DNA of 64,000 bases from NCBI GenBank assembly GCA_016218365.1, contig JACREF010000013.1, forward strand, positions 15,244 to 79,243, given 5' to 3'. Origin of the DNA: Gammaproteobacteria bacterium. Lineage in GTDB: Bacteria; Pseudomonadota; Gammaproteobacteria; SZUA-140. Position 1 is the first letter of the stretch. Each line of letters starts with the position of its first letter. The notes below the pieces were generated by a model. The model had not been told where the DNA came from. It saw only the letters and a program-made list of their open reading frames with translations, and ran no database searches. The translations under genes and the position numbers were made by a program. Positions 45,307 to 54,485 of this stretch are shown here, one piece after another.

Positions 45307-45513
45307 TTAATGACTTCGGGCCTGAATCGGCGGGCAGGACACCGAGCCATATGAACAGAATACGCAGCAGTCTCCGGGCTTGGGGTGCAGCAGCGCATGA
45401 CACTGCGTACATTCGTAAAACCACAAGCAGGCATCCGCAGGCATGGTTTCCTGCTGGGCGTGACCGCACAGCGGACAGGTGATGACAGATTCGAGCACAG
45501 GTTCGGTGGCCAA
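45307..45513 (-). CDS. GDCCVxC-domain cysteine-rich protein
   Basis: S.ITCP.CG....ETMP.DAC..FYEC..C...L.PKPGDCCVFCSYGSV.CPPIQ. Confidence 0.9.
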   Translation of the reverse strand: MATEPVLESVITCPLCGHAQQETMPADACLWFYECTQCHALLHPKPGDCCVFCSYGSVSCPPIQARSH

Positions 45514-45547
45514 ATGGTTGCTCCAGTACGAGGAGGAATGAGTCCAA

Positions 45548-45580
45548 CCCCCTCTCCCGCGTGCGGGAGAGAAGTGGGGA
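45548..45580. repeat. GGGAGAG-family REP-like palindrome
   Basis: CTCTCCCGC-GT-GCGGGAGAG; same family as 41229-41270. Confidence 0.6.
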
Positions 45581-45761
45581 GATGCACGCGCGTAAAATCA
45601 CCGGCTATTTGCGCGCCGCTTTTTTTGTGCCGCCGGGCCAGCAAACCGGGCAAGGGTCAGCGCCACGGTATGTATGCCCACGATTACACGTCTTCCAGCC
45701 ACCTCGATTCGCTTTCGGCATGACCAGTCGCTGCTGTAGGGCGCCGGAGATGGGCGGTTCC

Positions 45762-45842
45762 CTAATGGTTGCCGCGCAGCAGGCCCATCACACTCAGGTC
45801 TTCATCGATCTCCGGCCAATGAATGCCTTCACCGTCACCTAG
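45762..45842 (-). pseudogene. C-terminal remnant of a DUF2442-family gene
   Basis: Manual translation [26 protein letters not shown]; upstream codons do not resemble the family. Confidence 0.65.
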
Positions 45843-45947
45843 ACCGGATGAGTTGCTATCAACAAAGATTCGCGCGCGAAAATTCTTGTCACCGGCGCCA
45901 GGACAAAAGTTTATCGTACAAATTGCGACGCCTTAACCGATAAGAAA

Positions 45948-48900
45948 CTAAGCCGTGTTATACCGCAAAATTAAATCCACCGCCTGTTCTGCAGGCATCG
46001 GCCGGGCAATATGGTATCCCTGTATCTCATCGCACCCCTCGGCGCACAGAAAATCAAGATGGTCCTGCGTCTCAACGCCCTCCGCAATCACCCTTATCCT
46101 AAGGGCGCGAGCCAGCGCGATGATCGCCCTGACAAGCACGGCATCATTGCTATCCGTCAACACATCGCGTACGAACGACTGGTCGATCTTGAGCTTGTCA
46201 ATGGGAAAACGTTTGAGATAGCTCAACGATGAGTACCCTGTGCCGAAGTCGTCGAGAGAGATCATGATGCCTGCCCGCTTGAACTCCTGTAAAACAGCGC
46301 TGACTGATTTCATGCCCTCCACCAGGATGCTCTCGGTAATCTCCAGTTCGAGACTATGCGGATCCAGCCCGGTCTCGTTCACGATTTCCAGAGCACGCCG
46401 CGAAAATAGCGGCTCCCTGAACTGGCGAGCTGAAAGATTCACTGCCATACCCACATCGAGCACCCCCTGTTCCTGCCACGCCTTTGCTTGCAGACAGGCG
46501 GTACGCAGAACCCATTCTCCCAACGGAACGATCAGGCCGGCGTCCTCGGCGACAGGGATGAACTGCGCCGGCGATATCATGCCCTTGTCCGGATGCTGCC
46601 ATCGCACCAGCGCTTCGACACCGATGATGCGGTTACTCCCGATATCAAGTTGCGGCTGGTAGTGAAGAATAAACTCCTCTTGATCCAACGCGCGCCGCAG
46701 CCCTGTCTGCAACGCAAGACGCGCCGTGGCGCGCGCGGTCATGGTTGCGGCGTAAAACCGGTAGCAGTTCCGGCCCGCAGCCTTTGCCGCATACATTGCA
46801 GAATCAGCATTTCTCAGCAGGTTTTCAACGTCGCCGTCATCGAACGGATATAAAGTTATGCCCATGCTGAACGTCACAAATATCTGATGTCCGAGGATAT
46901 CAAATGGCTCTTTGAAGCCATCGGCCGCGTGTTGCGCCACTTGAACAACATCATCAGCGTGCCCCACGTCCGCGAGAACCACGGCGAATTCATCCCCGCC
47001 GAAACGGGCAACGGTATCGCTCGGCCGGAAACAATCCTGCAGCCGTTTGGCTACCGCCTGCAACAACGCATTGCCCGCTTCATGGCCCAGCGTGTCATTC
47101 ACGTCCTTGAAATGGTCGAGATCCATGAGCATGATGCCCGCCAGGCGTTGCTTACGATCCGCCTCGGTAAAGGCTTGAGATAGGCGGTCTTTGAACAGCA
47201 TCCGGTTCGGCAGCCCGGTCAGATCGTCATAGTACGCCAGATAACTGACGCGCTCCGCCGCGCGCATCTGCTCCGTGACATCCTGGGCCAATGACGCGAC
47301 ACCGATTACCCGGCTGCCGACATCTATCAGCGGGGTGTTATACCACTCGCAATAGATTGTCTTGCCATCCTTGGTGATGTTTTCATTGGTACTGCGGAAG
47401 CCGCTCCGCCCAGTCAACAGGTTTTTCCACATTTGCGCGACGTGGGATTTTGCGCTTTCCGGAAGAATCAATTCCATCGCATGACGCCCAACGGCTTCCG
47501 CTTTGGTGTAACCGAAAATTTTTTCCGCAGCCGGGTTCCAGTTCACAACCATAAACTCCATGTCCCATTCGATCACGGCAAGCGGCGTCTGCTGAAAGTA
47601 CAGGGAAAGCCGTTGCGCCGATTCCTGAATTATTTTTTCGGCACATTTGCGCGCAGTGATGTCACGATCCACGCCGCGATAACCAAGCAAATCCCCATCT
47701 TGATTCAAGATAGGCATGCCGCTGGTTTCCAGTACCACGATGCGCCCGTCCCTGTGCAGGCTCCGGTTTTCCAACGCCTGAAATGGCCTGCGCTCTGCCG
47801 CAATGCTTGCAAAGTCATGCGAAATACGCCCAGCCTCTTCCGGCGGCATGAAGTCGAAGGGGGTTTTGCCGAGCACTTCATCCGGCTCATACCCCAGTAA
47901 ATCCTTCACCTTGGGGCTCGCATAGACATAACGCGCATTCGCATCGACCTCCCAAATCCAATCACTCGAACTCTCGACCAGGCCGCGAAAACGGGCCTCG
48001 CTCCGCTTGATCACTGCCTGAGATGATGCGAGCCGTTTCTCTACCCGACCGATCACCAGATAAAAAAACCAAAGAAGCGCCCCGCCCAATCCGAACGAAA
48101 CGCCACCCGCCAGCATAATGTCATGCCTGCTATCCGCGTTGCGGGCAGTCACATCACGCAAAAGCAGCATATTGCCGACCTCGCGCCCTCCTGCATCGCT
48201 GAGCGTGATGTGACCTGTATGGAGTTTGTTTTTTTGATCCGATAGTTCGGCATGTGTATGGGCTGGGAGGTCTTCCTGAGCGAGAGCTTCATGGATCGTA
48301 GATGAGGTGCTTGGCCTCGTCTGAAAAATGACGACACTATCGGGCAAGGAATCCCATTCCCCCTGGCGACTCAGCATTGCCATCCCCTGCGCCCAATCTT
48401 GCTGCGACAAATAGCGTTTTTTGACGGTTACAAAGAGCTCGAGTCCAAGCACCTCGCGTATCGAATCCAGGATGTTGCTAATCTCTTCACCCAATTCAAG
48501 ATATCCGATCAAACGATCTCCATCCCGCCAGGGAACAACCGTTCGCAGAGTGAAGGTTCCTGCCGGCCCGAGCTCCAAACCCGCGGCCAGCTTCCCGGTT
48601 GTTTGCGCCTGTTTTGCCGTGAACCGGTCAATCACATCGCCATGGCTGTCCGGTTGGTGCACCCGCAGGAAAACACCACGATCAGGACGTATGAAATAAA
48701 AGTGGGTAACGCCGTATTCCCTGCGCAAACTTTCCAATACAGGCTTTGCACGACGCAATAACGCTTGCCGATCACCGGCAAGCATGGCGCGTTTAAGCGC
48801 TTCGTCCTGGGAAATAACCGTCAGTGTGGCAGAGAGTTTATCGGTGTTAGCGCGTACCGCAGACCTGAAGACACGCTGTGCGGACAGGAAGGCGTTGTCT

Positions 48901-49052
48901 ACATATTCTGCCGAATATTCTGCTTCCAGATGTGTGAAGGTGTACAAGTGAACGGCGGCAAATACCGCCAGTGATGCCGCCAAAGGGAGTAATAGAATGG
49001 CCTTGAGACTGAGGCGTTGGATATGCACACTCATATTTGATTTCGAACTCAT
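45948..49052 (-). CDS. Membrane Cache-PAS-PAS-GGDEF-EAL c-di-GMP signalling protein
   Basis: Two TMs around an HFYF..PD....LRVH.P Cache-like domain; two PAS/PAC; RPSD..RFGGDEF; VEALVRW; DDFGTGYSSL. Confidence 0.92.
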   Translation of the reverse strand: MSSKSNMSVHIQRLSLKAILLLPLAASLAVFAAVHLYTFTHLEAEYSAEYVDNAFLSAQRVFRSAVRANTDKLSATLTVISQDEALKRAMLAGDRQALLRRAKPVLESLRREYGVTHFYFIRPDRGVFLRVHQPDSHGDVIDRFTAKQAQTTGKLAAGLELGPAGTFTLRTVVPWRDGDRLIGYLELGEEISNILDSIREVLGLELFVTVKKRYLSQQDWAQGMAMLSRQGEWDSLPDSVVIFQTRPSTSSTIHEALAQEDLPAHTHAELSDQKNKLHTGHITLSDAGGREVGNMLLLRDVTARNADSRHDIMLAGGVSFGLGGALLWFFYLVIGRVEKRLASSQAVIKRSEARFRGLVESSSDWIWEVDANARYVYASPKVKDLLGYEPDEVLGKTPFDFMPPEEAGRISHDFASIAAERRPFQALENRSLHRDGRIVVLETSGMPILNQDGDLLGYRGVDRDITARKCAEKIIQESAQRLSLYFQQTPLAVIEWDMEFMVVNWNPAAEKIFGYTKAEAVGRHAMELILPESAKSHVAQMWKNLLTGRSGFRSTNENITKDGKTIYCEWYNTPLIDVGSRVIGVASLAQDVTEQMRAAERVSYLAYYDDLTGLPNRMLFKDRLSQAFTEADRKQRLAGIMLMDLDHFKDVNDTLGHEAGNALLQAVAKRLQDCFRPSDTVARFGGDEFAVVLADVGHADDVVQVAQHAADGFKEPFDILGHQIFVTFSMGITLYPFDDGDVENLLRNADSAMYAAKAAGRNCYRFYAATMTARATARLALQTGLRRALDQEEFILHYQPQLDIGSNRIIGVEALVRWQHPDKGMISPAQFIPVAEDAGLIVPLGEWVLRTACLQAKAWQEQGVLDVGMAVNLSARQFREPLFSRRALEIVNETGLDPHSLELEITESILVEGMKSVSAVLQEFKRAGIMISLDDFGTGYSSLSYLKRFPIDKLKIDQSFVRDVLTDSNDAVLVRAIIALARALRIRVIAEGVETQDHLDFLCAEGCDEIQGYHIARPMPAEQAVDLILRYNTA

Positions 49053-49236
49053 CTTATGCGCTCAACGTTATAACAGGTCCGCGCGAGTCATGCGGCATCT
49101 GCTGCCGTTATCACGGTGTTGCAGCAATTGAGGATGTGTCATAGACGCTTCCCTGCATATTGATGGCTGGACTATGCCACAGCCGTTAAAATATTGGCAA
49201 GCCGATTTGGTTAGGCGGGGCAGGGGTTAATGCCTC

Positions 49237-49273
49237 GCAATGTTGGGCTTCATTACATTCAGCCCAACCTACC
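49237..49273. repeat. Single GTAG-type REP half
   Basis: GCAATGTTGGGCTTC..TTCAGCCCAACCTACC; first 15 nt identical to 41328-41342. Confidence 0.65.
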
Positions 49274-49280
49274 GTCTATG

Positions 49281-50459
49281 CTACGGCCGGCTACTATCCT
49301 GTTGCTGCGGTTCCGGCTTTGGCCGTTGCGTGACGGTGGCGGTCAGTGTCTTGCTCTTGCCGCTGCGCAGCACCTTCAGCTCGATCTTTTTGCCCGGTGC
49401 TTGCGACGCGATCTTCTGCAGTGTGTCGCGTAGCGTGGTCACTGCAGCGCCGGCGACCTCGGTGATGATGTCGCCGGTCTCGAGGCCGGCCTTGTCGGCC
49501 GGGCCGTCGCGCAGGATGCGGGCGACGACGACGCCCTTGCCGGGCGGCACGCCGAAGGATTCAGCCAGCGGCGGTGTCAGTTCCTGGATCTCGATGCCGA
49601 GCCAGCTGCGCGTGACCTGGCCGCTCTTGATCAGCTGCGTCATCACGTCCTTGGCCAGATTGACCGGGATCGCGAAGCCGATCCCTTCCGAGCCGCCGGA
49701 GCGCGAGAAGATCGCGGTGTTGATGCCGATCAGTTCGCCGCCGGCATTGACCAGCGCGCCGCCGGAGTTGCCGGGGTTGATCGCAGCATCGGTCTGAATG
49801 AAGTTCTCGAAGGTTGACAAGCCGAGTTCGCTGCGGCCGGTGGCGCTGATGATGCCCTGGGTCACGGTCTGGCCGACGCCGAACGGATCGCCGATCGCCA
49901 GCACGACGTCACCGACCTGCAGCAGGTCGGAATGACCGAGCACCATCGGTGTCAGCGTGCCGAGATCGGTCTTTAATATCGCGATGTCGGTCTCGGGGTC
50001 GGTGCCGACCAGCCTGGCACTGGCGTGGCGGCCGTCCTGCAGCCCGACATCGATCTCGTCGGCGCCGTCGATGACGTGGTTGTTGGTGATGATATAGCCG
50101 CTGGCGCTGACGATGACACCGGAACCGAGGCTGGTCTGCTGCGATTGCTGCGGCGGCAGCGCGTCACCGAAGAAGCGGCGGAACGCCGGGTCGTCGAGCA
50201 ACGGGTGGTTGGCCCGGGTCACCGTCTTGCTGGTGTGGATGTTGACCACCGACGGCGCGGCGCGCTTGACGGCCGGGGCATACGAGGCCGGGGCGGCGCC
50301 CTGGGCCTGGGCCATGGGCGCGTGCGGCGCCTCGACGAATTCGACCTTGGCCTGCTGCGGCCCGGAGCGGCCCCACAGCAGCAGTACAGCGATGGCGCCG
50401 CCGGCCAGCCCGACCAGCAGGCCCTGGCCGATGTACGGGAGAAGTTTGCGTATCTGCAT
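49281..50459 (-). CDS. degS: HtrA-family serine protease with one PDZ domain (DegS/AlgW-like)
   Basis: N-terminal TM, GSGVI, TNNHV, TDAAINPGNSGG, single PDZ domain. Confidence 0.88.
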   Translation of the reverse strand: MQIRKLLPYIGQGLLVGLAGGAIAVLLLWGRSGPQQAKVEFVEAPHAPMAQAQGAAPASYAPAVKRAAPSVVNIHTSKTVTRANHPLLDDPAFRRFFGDALPPQQSQQTSLGSGVIVSASGYIITNNHVIDGADEIDVGLQDGRHASARLVGTDPETDIAILKTDLGTLTPMVLGHSDLLQVGDVVLAIGDPFGVGQTVTQGIISATGRSELGLSTFENFIQTDAAINPGNSGGALVNAGGELIGINTAIFSRSGGSEGIGFAIPVNLAKDVMTQLIKSGQVTRSWLGIEIQELTPPLAESFGVPPGKGVVVARILRDGPADKAGLETGDIITEVAGAAVTTLRDTLQKIASQAPGKKIELKVLRSGKSKTLTATVTQRPKPEPQQQDSSRP

Positions 50460-50520
50460 CGATCCGTTACCCTAGACGAGCCGCGGCGTCGCGGCATCAA
50501 GACCCAGAAGGATAGAGAAC

Positions 50521-51282
50521 ATGGTGGCCCTTGTCACGCTGGTCAATGAGCTCGATACGCTGCTCAAGCCGGGCGCCTATAGCGACTATGCGCCGAACGG
50601 CCTGCAGGTCGAGGGGCGGGCCGAGGTGCGGCGGCTGGTGACCGGCGTCACCGCCAGCCTCGAACTGCTGGAGGCGGCGGTCGCGGCGCAGGCCGATGCG
50701 GTGCTGGTGCATCACGGCTATTTCTGGAAGGGCGAGTCGCCGTGCATCACCGGCATCAAGCGCCGGCGCTTGCAGACGCTGTTGCAGCACGACATCAGTC
50801 TGCTGGCCTACCACCTGCCGCTCGATGATCACCACGAGCTGGGCAATAACCGTCAGCTGGCCCGCCAGCTCGGACTGATCATCGACGGTCAGGTGGCGGT
50901 CACCGGGGCCGGGGTCGCGCTGTGGCATGGCCGCTTGCCGCAGCCCCTGGCACCACAACAGTGCGCGGACTGGATCGCGCAACGTCTCGGCCGGACACCA
51001 CAGCTGCTGGCGGCGCCGTCCCGGCCGCAGGTCTCGACCCTCGCCTGGTGCAGTGGCGCGGCCCAGCAGCTGATCGACGATGCGGCCCGGCTTGGGGTCG
51101 ATGCCTATATCAGTGGCGAGGTCTCGGAACAGACCTGGCACAGCGCCCGCGAGGGCGGGATTAATTATTTTGCTGCCGGTCACCATGCCACCGAACGCTA
51201 TGGCGTCATGGCGCTGGGGACGCATCTTGCCGGACAGTTCGCCATCGAGCACCGCTTCATCGATATCGAAAATCCGCTGTGA
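50521..51282 (+). CDS. Nif3-like dinuclear metal protein (YbgI)
   Basis: DYAPNGLQVEG, VHHG, YHLPLD.H, AGHHATE. Confidence 0.95.
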   Translation: MVALVTLVNELDTLLKPGAYSDYAPNGLQVEGRAEVRRLVTGVTASLELLEAAVAAQADAVLVHHGYFWKGESPCITGIKRRRLQTLLQHDISLLAYHLPLDDHHELGNNRQLARQLGLIIDGQVAVTGAGVALWHGRLPQPLAPQQCADWIAQRLGRTPQLLAAPSRPQVSTLAWCSGAAQQLIDDAARLGVDAYISGEVSEQTWHSAREGGINYFAAGHHATERYGVMALGTHLAGQFAIEHRFIDIENPL

Positions 51283-51300
51283 ATGATCGTCAGGACAGGC

Positions 51301-51394
51301 TTGCAATCAACAGCGAAATGTTTTTTAATCGGAAACACCTGACTCTCATGCTCGGTTGCTTGCGTTGACAGGGCGGGGAATGTTTGTCTACGAT
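51301..51394 (+). promoter_or_regulatory. Two candidate sigma-70 promoters of the act operon
   Basis: TTGCAA-N17-TTTAAT (51301-51329) and TTGACA-N18-TACGAT (51365-51394). Confidence 0.45.
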
Positions 51395-51617
51395 CGGGGC
51401 AAGTTACAAGAAGTCGGCGGGAAACGAGTCGACCACAGGTGTGATGACACCTGATTCCGGCGCGCCAGGGGGGGCCGGACCGGCAGCATAGGGATACGCC
51501 GGATATGTCGTTTATGAACTAATCTGTATGCAAGGCCTGCGGGCTTCGCTATTTTTTCAGGATCGCACAGCATCCTTTGATGTTTTGTGCACGATAAAAA
51601 GAGATAAGAGAGGGAAG

Positions 51618-52244
51618 ATGTCAGCCATGCAGCTTTTCTTTGGGAGACGACTGCTGTCGTGTCAGTCGCTGCGCTCGCCGGGTCGTAGCCTGCTGCTGCC
51701 CCTGGGCTTCGTTGTGGCATTGTTCGCCGCGGCGCCGCTGCTGGCCGAGGTGCCCAATGCCGTCGCGCCGACCGAGACCTACAGCGGCGACCAGGTCGAG
51801 CAGCCGATCGAGTTCCCGCATGACATCCATGCCAAGGTCAACAAGATCAACTGCATGTACTGTCATACCTATGCCCGCCGCAGCAAGGTCGCCGGCATCC
51901 CGCCGACCAGCAAGTGCATGGGCTGCCACACCGTGATCGCGACCGACAAGCCGCGCATCAAGAAGCTGACCGAATACTGGGAAAAGGGCGAGTCGCCGAA
52001 GTGGAAGAAGGTCCATGACCTGCCCGATTACGTGCATTTCACCCACGAAAAGCACCTGCAGCGCTTCATCTTCGACAACAAGGACATGAAGGTCGAGAAT
52101 GCGTCCGAGGTCTGCGCCTTCTGTCACGGCGAGATCAAGGATATGACGGTGGCGCAGAAATCACGGCCGCTGACGATGGGCTTCTGCCGACGCTGTCATG
52201 AGCAGAACAAAGGTCCTTTTGACTGCTGGAAGTGTCACAAGTAA
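51618..52244 (+). CDS. actA: ACIII pentaheme cytochrome c ActA
   Basis: QPI.FPH..H; five CxxCH (CMYCH, CMGCH, CAFCH, CRRCH, CWKCH); W.KVH.LPD.V.F.H..H. Confidence 0.9.
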   Translation: MSAMQLFFGRRLLSCQSLRSPGRSLLLPLGFVVALFAAAPLLAEVPNAVAPTETYSGDQVEQPIEFPHDIHAKVNKINCMYCHTYARRSKVAGIPPTSKCMGCHTVIATDKPRIKKLTEYWEKGESPKWKKVHDLPDYVHFTHEKHLQRFIFDNKDMKVENASEVCAFCHGEIKDMTVAQKSRPLTMGFCRRCHEQNKGPFDCWKCHK

Positions 52245-52280
52245 CGATTCGTCAAACGGCTAGGCAACAGAAAACACGGG

Positions 52281-54485
52281 ATGACCAAGATGGCTCTGGA
52301 CAAGATCAAGCGCAGAGATTTCCTGAAAATCATGGGTTGGGGCGGTGCCGGCGCGACGCTGGCCGGCTGCGACATGCCGACGACGGTGACGCTCGAGGAA
52401 GGCAAGGAAGAGGTGGTCTCCTATCTGGTGCCCGAGGAATATGTGATCCCCGGCATCGGGGTCTGGTATGCCTCGACCTGTCAGCAGTGTGCCGCCGGGT
52501 GCGGTGTGCACGGCCGCGTCCGTGAAGGGCGGGTGCTGAAGCTCGAAGGCAACCCCGAGTCGGCGGTCAACAGCGGCGCGTTGTGCCAGATGGGCCAGTC
52601 GGCGTTGCAGACCCATTACAATCCTGATCGTATTCAGCAGCCGCTGCTGCGCAGCGGCGGCGCGCTGAAGAAGGTATCGTGGGACGAGGCGCTGGCGCAG
52701 TTGCAGCAGAAGGCCGGCGGCCGCAGTGCCTGGGTCACCGGCACCATCAGTGGTCACCAGGCGGTGTTGCTCGATGCCTACGTCAAGGCGACCCAGGCCC
52801 GGCATTATCCGGTCGAGGTGGTGGGCAGCCCGGTATGGAACCGGGTGTGCCAGGACATGCTCGGCGATGCCAATCCGCGGCTGCGTATCGATGAGGCCGA
52901 TCTGATCGTGTCGTTCGGTGCCGACTTCCTCGGTACCTGGAATTCACCGGTACACTTCTCGCGCCAGTACGCCAGGTTCCGTCAGGGACCCAAACGCGGC
53001 ATGTTGATCCAGATCGAGCCGGCGATGACGCTGACCGGCGCCAATGCCGACCTGTGGCTGGCGATCCGTCCCGGCACCGAAGGCGTGTTTGCGCTCGGCG
53101 TGGCCAATGTGCTGGTCGATCGTTACCAGACCAGCATCGCCGGCCTGCCGGCCGATGCGCAGAAGGCCATCCGTCTGTACACCCCGGATCATGTCAAGGA
53201 CATCACCGGTGTCTCCGTTGATCAGTTGATGAAGGTCGCCGAACTGCTGAAGAAGCGCGGCAACAGTCTGGTGCTGGCAGGCAGCACGGCTGAGGGCCAC
53301 AGCTATGGCTACCAGAGCGTGGCCAGCATCATGCTGCTGAACATCCTGCTTGGCAATGTCGGCAAGACGCTCCAGGCCAATGTCCACGCCCCGGCGCAGC
53401 TGGCACCGCGCGTCGGCAACACCGCCAATCTGGTGGCCTTTGCCGAGGCGGCCGCGGCCGGCAACATCGACGTCGCATTCTTCTATGGCAGCAACCCGCT
53501 GTATCTGGCGCCGCAAAGCCTGGGCCTGAAGGGCAAGCTCGACAAGGTTGGCTTCAAGGTCGCGTTGTCATCCTTCATGGACGAGACCACTGCGCAGGCC
53601 GATCTGGTGCTGCCGCTGGCCTCGGCGCTTGAGGACTGGGGCAGCCATGTCGGTGCTTACCAGAACGGTGAGCTGCAGGTCAGCATCCAGCAGCCATTGA
53701 TGGAAAAGCTCTATCCCGAGACCCGTGGTTTCGGTGATGTGATGCTCGGCCTGCTGAAGCAGCGCCAGGTCCGGGAGTTCGCACTGTATGAAGACTATTA
53801 CGCCTATCTGCGCAACGCCGTTGCGGCAATGCCGGCGGCGCTCAACAAGGCCGGTGGCAATGCGTGGAACAATGCGTTGCAGCACGGGGTCGTGGCGCTG
53901 AACGCCGGCAGCGGCGCGCTGCGCCCGCGTGCGGTGTCATTGCCGCAGCCGGAGATGGCCGCTGGCGATGACGGTTACCCGTATCACCTGGTGCCGTCGG
54001 CGCGCCTCGGTCTGTGGGACGGCCGCCATGCCAACATCCCGTGGCTGCAGGAGGCACCGGACCAGATCACCAAGGTGGTGTGGGATTCGTGGGTCGAGTT
54101 GCATCCGACCACGGCCGCCAAGCTCGGGGTCGCGCGCGGTGATACCGTGAAGATCGCCTCGAAGGCTGGCGCCATCGAGGCCAAGGTCTATGTCTATAAG
54201 GGCATCCATCCTGATGCCATCGGTGTACCGCTGGGCCAGGGCCATGATGAATACGGCCGTTATGCCAAGGGCCGTGGCGTCAATCCATTGAGCATTTTGA
54301 ATGATACCAAAGACCAGACCACCGGTGAGCTGGCGCTGCATGCCACCCGTGTCCAGCTCAGCCGCACGGCCGGCAAGCCGGGCGACAAGCTGGTGCTGAT
54401 GGGTGGCAGCGAGTCCCAGCTGGGCCGCAAGATGGTGGCCACGGTCAAGGCCGAGGTCTTTGCACGTAGTGAGGGAGACGCCTGA
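52281..54485 (+). CDS. actB1: ACIII molybdopterin-oxidoreductase-fold subunit ActB1 (Tat lipoprotein)
   Basis: KRRDFLK Tat motif followed by LAG-C; C-X2-C-X3-C-X27-C; FGADFL..W; AN.PWLQE.PD.ITK..W. Confidence 0.85.
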   Translation: MTKMALDKIKRRDFLKIMGWGGAGATLAGCDMPTTVTLEEGKEEVVSYLVPEEYVIPGIGVWYASTCQQCAAGCGVHGRVREGRVLKLEGNPESAVNSGALCQMGQSALQTHYNPDRIQQPLLRSGGALKKVSWDEALAQLQQKAGGRSAWVTGTISGHQAVLLDAYVKATQARHYPVEVVGSPVWNRVCQDMLGDANPRLRIDEADLIVSFGADFLGTWNSPVHFSRQYARFRQGPKRGMLIQIEPAMTLTGANADLWLAIRPGTEGVFALGVANVLVDRYQTSIAGLPADAQKAIRLYTPDHVKDITGVSVDQLMKVAELLKKRGNSLVLAGSTAEGHSYGYQSVASIMLLNILLGNVGKTLQANVHAPAQLAPRVGNTANLVAFAEAAAAGNIDVAFFYGSNPLYLAPQSLGLKGKLDKVGFKVALSSFMDETTAQADLVLPLASALEDWGSHVGAYQNGELQVSIQQPLMEKLYPETRGFGDVMLGLLKQRQVREFALYEDYYAYLRNAVAAMPAALNKAGGNAWNNALQHGVVALNAGSGALRPRAVSLPQPEMAAGDDGYPYHLVPSARLGLWDGRHANIPWLQEAPDQITKVVWDSWVELHPTTAAKLGVARGDTVKIASKAGAIEAKVYVYKGIHPDAIGVPLGQGHDEYGRYAKGRGVNPLSILNDTKDQTTGELALHATRVQLSRTAGKPGDKLVLMGGSESQLGRKMVATVKAEVFARSEGDA

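Noticed and set aside
45674-45740. [13 protein letters not shown] as a DUF4160 toxin start
   Set aside because: Too short, lacks the H.PPH motif, and lies on the opposite strand to the DUF2442 remnant.
51283-51617. FNR/Anr box or riboswitch in the act leader
   Set aside because: Only an ATCAA half-site without a correctly spaced TTGAT, and no recognisable aptamer.
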